Program-made: the position numbers and the translations under genes | Shown: in pieces, positions 54,725-64,000 of the stretch | Numbering within the stretch: position 1 is the stretch's first letter | How the letters are laid out: each line of letters opens with the position of its first letter | Notes under the pieces: generated by a model | Database searches by the model: none | What the model was told of the DNA's origin: nothing | What the model saw: the letters and a program-made list of their open reading frames with translations, nothing else | Source of the DNA: Rotaria socialis | Lineage: Eukaryota | Assembly (NCBI GenBank): GCA_905331295.1 | Contig: CAJNYD010000225.1 | Coordinates: 186,001-250,000 of the forward strand | DNA: 64,000 bases | Direction: 5' to 3'

Positions 54725-56609
54725 TTAATTTGGAGAGAATTTTTTCTTTTAAATATTGTTAATATTATTTTTATTCAACTATTCTATCAACGACTATTGC
54801 AATAAGAGGTAATTACTTTTGAAAGAATCTGATTTGAAATGATCAGAAAAATCTTTGAAATTGGTATTGAGGTGTACTTGTGAACAAAATGTGAAGTCTA
54901 CGGCGAAAGGACACTTCAACTACTTTTCTCATTAGTTGTACCAGTAAAAATCTGTTTACAATCAAACTAAAAATAAACATTAGTATTCGTATATAATGTT
55001 TTTCTTTTTCATCATTTACAAATAACTTAACTTGTTAAATAAAATATCGTGTGATACAAGGATACATAACATTCGTTTGGTTTTATTCAGAACGTAGCGG
55101 TAGTTAAAAAAAAACTTTCTTGGGAGAAAATAGTTAATTCTCTTTAGAAATGGAAGTCAAACATTATCTTTGTTAAGCGCAAACGGATTTTTCTCGTACG
55201 TTCGAAAATAATCTTAAGTACAAAAATATACAAATTGTCTTTTTAGTATAGTATAGTTGGATTGAAAATGTTTTCTAAGACACCTCGAATTCCAAGTTGA
55301 AAATTATATCATGAGAAATAGCACGTCGAACTACTTATTGTGGTGAGGAAACCTCACTGGCACGTCTGTAGAAACTAGAACTTTATGAGACTGAAAACAT
55401 CATTATTTATCACAAAAGTACACGATTGGAGTGGTATTTGGCATCTATCGTAAGATAAAAAGCTTCTGTGTCTAAAACATTCCTATAAGCTCTGACAGAG
55501 AAAAGAAATATGCATCAAATGTAATTAGTTTCGACGAATCCTAATCGAAATTTATTGGACTTTTCCTTCAAAAACTACTCTTTAACAGTTCAGAGAAGAA
55601 TTTAGATCTCTGTAAGTATCTTACAGTTTGAAAGAAAACATGATATTTGAGATCAGTGCACTTACTATTAGAACTACGGTGACATTAATCAGGGACTAAT
55701 ATTGATTATCAGGCTAGCAAAATTAAACTTAGCTGCTTATAGGACAACATGCCAATGATTTTATACGCTTCTTTTTTCTTTTGATATTATAATGTACGTA
55801 ATGCACTAGTGATATACTTGTACTCGTGGAGAATAACCATTAGATGACGAAAAAATACAATTCTACTTTTTTAATAATTGTTTTTTTTTAACTATGCTTT
55901 TTCCTGTCAAATAGATGATGACTAACTTTCGAACTATCTGCCATTTTAAAATTTTAAAAGAATTCTTACTTTTGATGTCTTTCTCTTCAATATGTTCGAT
56001 TGTTTCAGAATAAATTGATGATTAATAAATAGATTCATATGAATAAGAATTATCATTACAATCAAAAGTGATTTTAAAATTGTGTGATAAGATGAGATAT
56101 AATGGACACTTGTGTAAGAAAAGTATTTTATCGGATATTCAAATTACTCTTTTAAAAGATACCTTTTAGTACATAATAAAAACTCCATAGCTAATATTAG
56201 AATAGAATTGGTTTATAGTTGAAAATTATGAGCTTTCAGACTTACATATGGTCGAAGATATAATTCTTGAAAATGATTGAATACAGTTACCGTGAGTAGA
56301 AATCCTGATCATGTATATTATCATTTCACTGCAAGCAAATTGATTCTGTTCTGTTGAAATAATTCGTTTAATCAAAGTTGTGTTATAGGTTAAACAGCTC
56401 TCAGTCACAGAAGCTTTATGTTCATTTACCCCCATATCGCACAAACAGATCGAAAATTGGTCATATATTACTTGGACGATCATTAACATAGAGTAAATAT
56501 AGAAACTACCAAATTCGTGTATTTGACGATAATGCGTACAAATAGCACCATTTGTATTAATTGTTAGCGTTAGTGATGTAACTTACTAACGCTAAAAGAA
56601 GATTAAGAT

Positions 56610-56684
56610 GTTCTTCTAGCCTAACTGGTTAGGACATCTACTCGGATAGCGGAAGGTGTGGGTTCGAGGCTCATGAGATTCACC
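56610..56684 (+). pseudogene. Degenerate tRNA-like sequence (pseudo-tRNA or SINE head)
   Basis: A-box TAGCCTAACTGGTTAGG (D-arm CCTA/TAGG) and B-box GGTTCGAG at tRNA spacing. Acceptor and anticodon stems are poorly paired. Confidence 0.55.
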
Positions 56685-57035
56685 TCTTCTTCGTTCTGTC
56701 ACATAACATCAATGCCACTGCTTGTCTCTTTCGCTCTTAATATATCTCTCTTTCATTCCTTATATATTCTTTTCATTCTATAGATATTAGAGCTAACATT
56801 AATATATAATAGAAAAAATATTCTATATAACTATGAAAAGTTAATCAATGACACAGAATCTTGCAATTGTAATAAGTGTCCTATATTCAGTTATTGATTC
56901 TAGGAAGAGAGAAACAAATGAATTGAGACTTTTGGACTTCTTTGTTCATCATATCAAGTCATTTGGATAGTAAAAATCATAATGAGTCATCAAAACAATG
57001 TGAAAGTCAACAAAGTTATCCTAAAAATAAGAGTG

Positions 57036-57202
57036 TCCAGGTTGAACTAGCGGAGTCGTTTACGATCTTCGTTTTGCCCCGTATACGACACGGCAATATG
57101 CGATCGTAATAATGAGCCATGTATCACGGCCAAATACGATCGTGAACGGAGCATACACGACCGTTTACGACCGTAAATGGACCCCGTAAACCTCGACCTG
57201 AA
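57036..57202. mobile_element. Small degenerate MITE-like repeat rich in TACGA/ACCGT motifs
   Basis: Imperfect ends TCCAGGTTGAA / CTCGACCTGAA; related-looking fragments at ~50448-50490 and ~54080-54210. Confidence 0.45.
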
Positions 57203-57719
57203 TACTAAAGTACAGAGAAGATTAAGAATCCGTTTAGATAAATTCTTGGTAATTATCACATAGGAGCTACAGTGTGTATAGGCATATCGACTACAGTTAC
57301 TGGTTAACTGGCTATTACCACTGCTGCATTCATACAAACATATTTGAAAAAGTTTAAAATTTGGTACATGAGCAAGAAAATCTAAAAAGGCTCATCAAGA
57401 TTTCAGAAGGCTCTTCCCAGATGTTTGTATTTATGTGTGAAACATTCAATAATTTTTGCATCATACCAATTATTTTTAATGAGATTCTGTAGGAAAATAA
57501 AATGAACAATAGTATTATCTGATGAAAGATCGTACAAATCATCAATAAATGAATATAATTATTCATCTACATAAAAAAAACTCTATCTGCACCTTTATTA
57601 TTGTCAGTTTTCTATAGAGAACAAAATAAAATCTAGATCCCTAATAGTATAAACCGTATTATATATTAGAAGTTGTGTACAGTGCCACAATGGGTATTTT
57701 TTTTAAATTTATTATTTAT

Positions 57720-58784
57720 TTAACAAAAAACACGTAACAATGTCCATTCTATACATGCTCTGTTTTGTGGATTGGGTTCATGTTGTAAAAATCTATAGCC
57801 CAACTTCCAGAATTGTGAAAACATTTGTTGGTGCATTATTGCATGAGAAATATCTTTATTCCACCAATGAGATTCGAACGTTATCTGATAAGGCATATAG
57901 ATCTGATTGACTGGTTCAAATAGATCTGCAAATACTGCGTACTCGCCTCCTTCGATATCCATTTTTAAAATATGTACTTGTGTATGATTATTTTCTTTGA
58001 GTATATTTTGGAAACTTTTGAAGTTCTTGTCAAAAGCTTTGTGTTCTACGTGATGATAATATTGAACATTCGGAAATATGTGACTTTGCAACTGTGGTTG
58101 TTTTCCAAGACATACTTTATGAAATGATAAGCGTTCGATCGGCTTGGTCGGTGGAAAGCTCGTACAGTCATATGTATGAATTTCACAATGTGTGTGAGCA
58201 GAAAGATCACTTTCAAAATCGAACTGATTGTTTGAGCCTAAACTATAAATAACACATTTATCGACATGTTTGAGATTATCAATGGCGCAAAGTATTTTCC
58301 CTGTTTCATCACGAGTACCATAGCGCTTTAGGCCATCTTCAGAAAAACAAGGTAATGGCAATGAGACTGGATAAGCAAATTTAGCAATTTGATCTCGAAC
58401 TTGCTGGGCTACGAAAATGTATTCAATCATAGCATCATATGCAGTTGAAAATTGATTTCGACTCCATTTTAGCCATTTCTTCTCCAATTCCATGACAACC
58501 TTTGGTTTAAAATTAGCTAAGAATGGATTAGAAGAGCACCATTGAAGCTCGGGAGAGAGAAGTGAGCGTAGCGGATTCAAAGTTTCTTTCAATAGTGCAC
58601 TTTTGGGTAGCTCATCGTCATTGGTCGATTCGTGGTTGTATCGCTTCGCTGAAACATTTATGGTAATCAATATAATGCTTGCTATAATCAGAATTAAAAC
58701 AATAGATAATTTTCGAGGAACCCAATGTGCATATTCGATATAAGTTCTATGCAACATATGAGAAAGACCTCGCCAATAGAGCAT
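57720..58784 (-). CDS. Intronless METTL24/Methyltransf_22 (FkbM-like) SAM-dependent methyltransferase with N-terminal TM anchor
   Basis: Single open frame with CVIYSLGSNNQFDFE, CEIHTYD, FHKVCLG, ILKMDIEGGEY, QITFESH and HEPNP...CIEWT motifs, and hydrophobic LSIVLILIIASIILITI. Start placed at the first ATG. Confidence 0.85.
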   Translation of the reverse strand: MLYWRGLSHMLHRTYIEYAHWVPRKLSIVLILIIASIILITINVSAKRYNHESTNDDELPKSALLKETLNPLRSLLSPELQWCSSNPFLANFKPKVVMELEKKWLKWSRNQFSTAYDAMIEYIFVAQQVRDQIAKFAYPVSLPLPCFSEDGLKRYGTRDETGKILCAIDNLKHVDKCVIYSLGSNNQFDFESDLSAHTHCEIHTYDCTSFPPTKPIERLSFHKVCLGKQPQLQSHIFPNVQYYHHVEHKAFDKNFKSFQNILKENNHTQVHILKMDIEGGEYAVFADLFEPVNQIYMPYQITFESHWWNKDISHAIMHQQMFSQFWKLGYRFLQHEPNPQNRACIEWTLLRVFC

Positions 58785-59287
58785 ACGTAATCTAAAAGAG
58801 AGCAACAAACAACAGAAAAGATATCCAAAGATTCTCAAGTGAAAATCTATCTTAACTCCAGAAATATCTAAAACAAAATTTAATTCTTCTTTCTTCCAAG
58901 ATACTCGAATAGAGTAACTATGTTTTAGTATTCATCTCGTCGATTTTATTCCATTTATGATGACTAAATGATTAGACTTGACATCGAATTTGTAATATGG
59001 TTTGACGTTTTCTTTGCACTACAACCTACTACAGTAGAATCCTCTCTAACTAAAAAATTAAAAAAACAGTAGTTTTGAATTGATTCCTATTGATATCCAA
59101 TGACTTTGAAGGAGATAAATCTTCTATTATATCAGCATTATGACTTCGTCACATCAGGCAAAAAAACATTACGTCTAAAAAAAATATACATGATGGATAA
59201 TCACATGTGCTGAGGAAGGTCATTATAATTGTATTATTTTTTTTTTCTCTTCGTTTTGTTTTAATTTTTTTGTATTAATTATTTTAA

Positions 59288-59319
59288 GACGTTTCGGAGA
59301 TATATTTCTCCTTCTTCAG
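59288..59319 (-). ncRNA. Minimal type I hammerhead ribozyme (core consensus intact)
   Basis: Minus strand reads CUGAAGA-A-GGAGA-AAUAUA-UCUCC-GAAA-C-GUC: both core boxes, a 5-bp stem II and a palindromic ACGU in place of stem III. Confidence 0.8.
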
Positions 59320-59548
59320 TATTATTTTATTTGGTGTTATGCTTTTGTTTTTACTGTTTACAATACGTATCTGACTGTTCTTTTTCTTTTTCTTTTAATA
59401 GTGGAACGGAACGTCAAAACATACAAGCTTTATCAGTCAGTATTACCGTCTTGTCATTCCGTTCCACTATTAAAATTAAAATTAAAAGAATAATCAGATA
59501 CGTATTGTAAACAGTAAAAACAAAAACATAACATCAAATAAAATAAAA

Positions 59549-59580
59549 CTGAAGCAGGAGAAATATATCTCCGAAACGTC
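59549..59580 (+). ncRNA. Minimal type I hammerhead ribozyme, core-mutated copy
   Basis: CUGAAGC-A-GGAGA-AAUAUA-UCUCC-GAAA-C-GUC; identical to the minus-strand copy except A>C in the CUGANGA box. Confidence 0.7.
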
Positions 59581-60239
59581 TTAAAATAATTACTTATTCT
59601 AATCGGAAAATAATTAATAAAAAACATTAAAACAAAAGGAAGAGAAAAAAAACAAAATAATACAATTATAATGGCCTTCCTCAACACATGTAATTACAAA
59701 AATCTCTATGGAGAGAGAACAACAACAATAGCCAAAAAGTTGAAAAAACTGTTAATAAAACAAAACGAAATTGAGCAACATATAAATTTCCTCCAACAGT
59801 GTAAACACCATAACTTCACTCCAAAAGGCTTTATTATAAAATATCACACTAATAATTACAGAAATAAAACAATAACTCATAATACAATGATAAAATTAAG
59901 AAACAATACGTTACAATGGCGTTACATGCAACAAAGATGGAATACAATCGAAATAAAACCGCAACAAGCAATATTGAAGTGCTACAGGAATAAATACCAA
60001 CAAAATAGAGACCATAAATTAGGCCTTCAATGGATGTACTACCGTACACAAGATAAAAATAAAAATATAATACGAGCAACACACAATAGAAAATTGAAGG
60101 CGCTAAAATACAAACAAAACAAAACATCAACAATAAACAATAAGAAAGACAAAAGTAACGAAGATAATAATGATGGAGAACAAACAATCGAATCTCGTCA
60201 ATTTATCAAACATCCACTTAAACAAACAACAATTGAATG

Positions 60240-61465
60240 CACTAGTCGACGATCTTGACTTCGATCTGTCCAGATTCTTGTTCTACTTGAATACCAGACA
60301 AGCTTCTTTGTAATCATAATATTCAGGCAAGATTCTTCGGGACAGGAAAGAAACAAGATTCTTGCTTGTTTTTCAAGAAAAGTATAATCTTGTCTGATTG
60401 CTCAGATAAATAAGAATCAGGTAAGGATGGCAAGATATTCAAGATTTTTTGAAATTCAGACAAGAATCTTTTTTCTTTTCCTTTCAACGATTCTTATTAT
60501 ATCTTAAAGAAAACTATCACGTGATGTTTCGTGTATATATACTTATAAATACAGTAAAATCTCTTTACATGGGTACCCCTATANAGAAAAAGAAAAGTTA
60601 ATCCGATTGAACAAAAAGAACAATTCATCTATACACTTCTCATTGTTCCGTCAATGATAATAAGAGTATAAATACTATTGTTTTTCTTACATCACATATT
60701 CATATCATTTGGAAAATGACGTCGTGTCATTACCTTACACCCACGCCCAACCTCCTTCGCTCGTTGATGCGCTTGAAATGGTTCGAAATCTTCATCTACT
60801 TGCGTCTACTCGCCAACTGGAACTTCATCAATTCGTCACTAACCTAGAATCAAAACTTACTGATGCCTACATCGAATTAAAAACTAACCGGGAAAGTTCA
60901 ATTACAGATTTCTTTCGAAAAGCTTGATTGTAAATATGATGATAGAAAATAAAGTTAAATAAAAAGAAGTAATCAAATAAATTGTACTAAAATATTGGAC
61001 ACTATTCAAGATATATTTTTCTAGATGACGCGGACGAACTATAACAGATATGTTTTTTAAATAGATAGTTGTGTTCAAGTGTTTTCGTTTCTTTTTTTTT
61101 AATCTTTTTGTACGCGTTATGAGCTTATTGTATGTTCTCTTGCGCATGTAATGTACTTTTCTTGTATTTTTTTATTTGAAATTAAAATATAATAGGATCG
61201 AAAGGAGGTAACCGTATGGATGCCTAAATGAAATTCATTAGTATTGCAAGAATTTTTTCAAAAATAGCAAGAATTGTAAGAAAACAAGAATCTTGCCAAA
61301 ATGGCAAGAAGCAAGAATCATGCAAGAATTGCAAGAAAACAAGAATCATGTAAGAATTGCAAGAGCACAAGAATCAGACTAGAATGCAAGAACACAAGAA
61401 TCTTGCCTGATGTTCAAGAAAAACAAGAATCAGGACATATCGAAGTCAAGAGCGTCGACTAGTAC
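60240..61465. mobile_element. CACTA/CMC-like non-autonomous element (copy B) inserted in the Penelope ORF
   Basis: TIR CACTAGTCGACGATCTTGACTTCGAT / ATCGAAGTCAAGAGCGTCGACTAGT; apparent ATG duplication; tandem GCAAGAA(T) repeats. Removing it restores LN-VLEKGLKF. Confidence 0.85.
60550..61005 (+). mobile_element. Tigger/pogo-like fragment nested in CACTA copy B (spans the N at 60584)
   Basis: Starts TACAGTAAAATCTC; ORF 60709-60927 ends ...ESSITDFF, like the PIP-box-type C-terminus of pogo/Tigger transposases; absent from copy A. Confidence 0.6.
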
Positions 61466-61821
61466 ATGTACTAGAAAAAGGCTTGAAGTTTGTTCTAACG
61501 CCAAAAATCTGTCAACTTAATCGACTATATAACACATACAGAAAAAGGATTATTCACAGCACCAAACTTAATAAAAACAAACTGCAATAAACGAAATCAT
61601 GACGTTCACACGTACATGGTGAAAACCAAATACTGATAACCTTACAAAAGATGAAAGGAATACCCTAAAATAAATCAAAAATAAAAAGGATATCATGATC
61701 GTTGAAGCTGACAAAGGTGGAAAAGTGGTAACATTAAATAAAGATGATTACTTTTCAAAAATTGAAGAAAAGCTGAATGATACGAAAATGTATGAACAAA
61801 TGGCAAATCCTATTAATAAAA

Positions 61822-62338
61822 ATGTGGAAACCGGATTTCATCCGAGAGTTATGTGTACTTCAAAAAGTGCATGGGACATATGAGTCATTCTGGAATGTTT
61901 GAACACCAAAATTATCATGAGAAACTAGGCAATTTGATTTCTGGATGCAGTTTTTGTGCATTTTGAGACGTTTTTCAGGCGATGTTTCGTTAGAAAGCTA
62001 CGGTTTAGTTCAAAACTAACACCAGATTCAGAATCAGCGTTAAAAACTGAGATGATTTATATATGTTGTGTATAATTCTGAGAAAAAAGTTTTTTTTGAA
62101 AAATCCCTGTACTCCCCCTCAGGGATGGTCTGATCAAAAATGACATTTTTCTCGATAATTCAGCCATTTCTTGACGGATCCTTCTCATTTTCGAACTCGA
62201 CCTAGATATTGATAAGACAATTCTGTGCACAAAATTTCAGTTCAATCGAATGTAATTGTGAAGAGTTATCGAATAAACGGACGGCCGGACACACTGACCG
62301 ATTCTATAGTGTACTCTTTTTTTTTTAGTACACAAAAA
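61822..62338 (+). mobile_element. Helentron/DINE-1-like element (copy 2) inserted in the Penelope ORF
   Basis: Shares ~250 bp with 31290-31644 (CTCAGGGATGGTCTG...CAGCCATTTCTTGACGGA...GGCCGGACACACTGA); 3' hairpin GTGTACT...AGTACAC; sits in an A-run. Confidence 0.65.
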
Positions 62339-62921
62339 GAACATTTCTGCATTCACCGAAAAATTGCTCAAATAAAATAAAATAAAACAAAGTCTGAAAT
62401 TTCAACTAAATTCAATTGAAGACTTACCTCGAATTCGAGGTTAACCAAAATTGCACGAAGTCAATCACTCAATGAGACTAATAACTTGCTTGAGAAACAC
62501 AATACTGCCATCAATATCAAATTTCGCCTTTTCTTTTATTAAAGAACTAAGAACAACAGTCGACAATACAATGAATAACACATCTGAATTTGTAACCAAA
62601 ATAACTAAAATAAATATGAAAGAAGGCGAAAATCTCGCAAGCTTAGATGTCTAAGATATGTTTACCGATATACCATTAACAAGAGCTGTTGGCATAGCAA
62701 TAAACAGAATTGAAAATTCAACAACTTTCAATGAATCAACATTGAGTAAGATAGACCTAAAGAAACTGCTCATTCTATCTTTAAGTAACAACTGTACGGA
62801 ATTTAATAGCAAATTTTACAAAACAAAAACGTGCCTTACCAATGGGAAACTGCTTATCACTCATACTAGCAGATTTATATCTGGACGACAATATTAGTAA
62901 GCATCTTAGTAAAGTAAATAC

Positions 62922-63674
62922 CCCTAGTGCATGTACTGAGTTAAGGGTACCTGAAAAAGTATCCTGATACTAGTATGTCACAGGATCTTTCGGGTACTGA
63001 AGTACCTTAAAGTACTTTTAGGTACGTGTTAAGTACTGGGGTGGGTACTCTGCTTTAAAGTGTCTAGTAAATGGGTACTTGAAGGTACTAATCAAGTACT
63101 CAACCGGGTACCATTACATAGTATCCTTAGATACCCTGTTACCAAAATTGCAATATGCTAATCATCGATCCTAATCTTTGGCCTTTTTCATTTTTTTTGT
63201 CTCAAAGCAAGTTGCTACATTTTTTCAATTTTATTTTATTTTTCCAATTCTGACAACTTCAACAGGTCAGATTTTGGGATTTGATCAAACTTGGGTTGGT
63301 CGAATCTCCATCAGACCACTTCAGAGTAGTCCGCTCTTAATTGACGATTAAGATCGGCACATTCTCGACTAATAAATAGTCAAGAAATAATCTAGAAGAA
63401 AAAATATGAAAATAGTTTAGTTTCTTATGATTTGCCGAGTTGTTTATAAGGAGCCGTCCGCGCCAAAGAAAACGGTGAATGAACAGTCGCTACACAGAAC
63501 GCGAAAAATCTAGGACACCCTGTAGAGTCTTTTTCAGTAAAATTACAGGTGCGGGTACCCAATACAGTGCCTACATCAGTATAATTACTGAAAATTTTCG
63601 AAGTACCCATATCAGGCACCTTGCTAAGGCTTTCTTAGTATACGAGTACCCTGAACTCAGTACATGCTCTAGGG
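62922..63674. mobile_element. CCC-ended MITE (CMC/EnSpm-like) inserted just before the RT YVDD motif
   Basis: 29-bp TIR CCCTAGTGCATGTACTGAGTTAAGGGTAC / GTACCCTGAACTCAGTACATGCTCTAGGG; 2-bp TSD AC; GTAC-rich subtermini. Removing it restores KVNTEQKLFRYVDD. Confidence 0.9.
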
Positions 63675-64000
63675 ACAGAACAAAAACTATTTAGATACGT
63701 CGACGATATATTAATAATAACTAAAATGAGTCATACAGAATTAATCAGATTCACAACAGAATTTGAAAAGGATAATAAAATTAATTTTCTTGATACCACA
63801 TTAACCAAGAACACAAATGATAATAAAATAGATGTTAGGTGGTTTAGAAAACAAACCGCTGCAAACACATTGTTAAATTATCAATCTTGCCACCATAAAT
63901 CTGTAAAAAGAAATATCGTATCCAATATGACATCTAGAATAATAAGTGCCACACAAAACACCAAAGAACAAGATGAGGACTTATAACAACCCACACCAAT

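Larger units (their letters stand above)
59199..59695. repeat. Inverted pseudo-LTR (long hairpin) of a Penelope-like element
   Basis: 59199-~59420 is the reverse complement of ~59449-59695 with a ~28-nt spacer. The right arm runs into the element's ATG at 59671. Confidence 0.9.
59449..64000 (+). mobile_element. Decayed Penelope-like retroelement (RT); continues beyond the window
   Basis: After removing inserts: HINFLQQCK...TPKG, VNLSN...LEKGLKF, IVEADKG, PRIRG*PKLH, LASLDV*DMFTDIP, ALPMGNCLS...LADLYL, FRYVDD (63696-63707), IRFTTEFEKDNKINFLD and WFRKQT...LNYQSCH. Stops and frameshifts are present. Confidence 0.9.

Noticed and set aside
57210..57570. Protein-like degraded minus-strand frame downstream of the methyltransferase
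   Set aside because: Multiple stops and no recognisable motif; cannot be supported without a homology search.
60584..60584. Abrupt junction between a Tigger-like TIR and the transposase 3' end as a real deletion
   Set aside because: It coincides with an N, so it may be a scaffold join; the structure across it is unreliable.
61270..61420. Regular GCAAGAA repeats resembling a CRISPR or satellite array
   Set aside because: Units are ~10 bp with no unique 25-40 bp spacers; they are subterminal repeats of the CACTA-like element.

Overview
AT-rich, intron-rich eukaryotic DNA with many ~50-60 nt introns. The gene and repeat style suggest a bdelloid rotifer (Rotaria/Adineta-like); this is an inference, not a database match. 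The left ~19 kb holds decayed genes and DNA transposons: a lesioned PARP4/vPARP-like gene, another degraded gene, an F-box/LRR-family pseudogene, and hAT and long-TIR MITEs. It also holds a small B-box-like gene, followed by a small orphan gene at 20-21 kb. The middle (25-50 kb) is a compact block of intact housekeeping genes: SNX13 (-), then TBC1D20, CCDC186, MZT1 and a GALNT (all +), then DNAI2 (-). The right 14 kb is TE-rich and contains CACTA/CMC-like, hAT and Helentron-like non-autonomous elements, a tRNA-like relic and an intronless METTL24/FkbM-like methyltransferase. It ends in a decayed Penelope-like retroelement. That element is preceded by a ~220-bp-arm inverted pseudo-LTR with a minimal hammerhead ribozyme in each arm, and is interrupted by three DNA-transposon insertions, one of which carries a further Tigger-like fragment. 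All gene models were assembled by eye from GT/AG sites and protein motifs.
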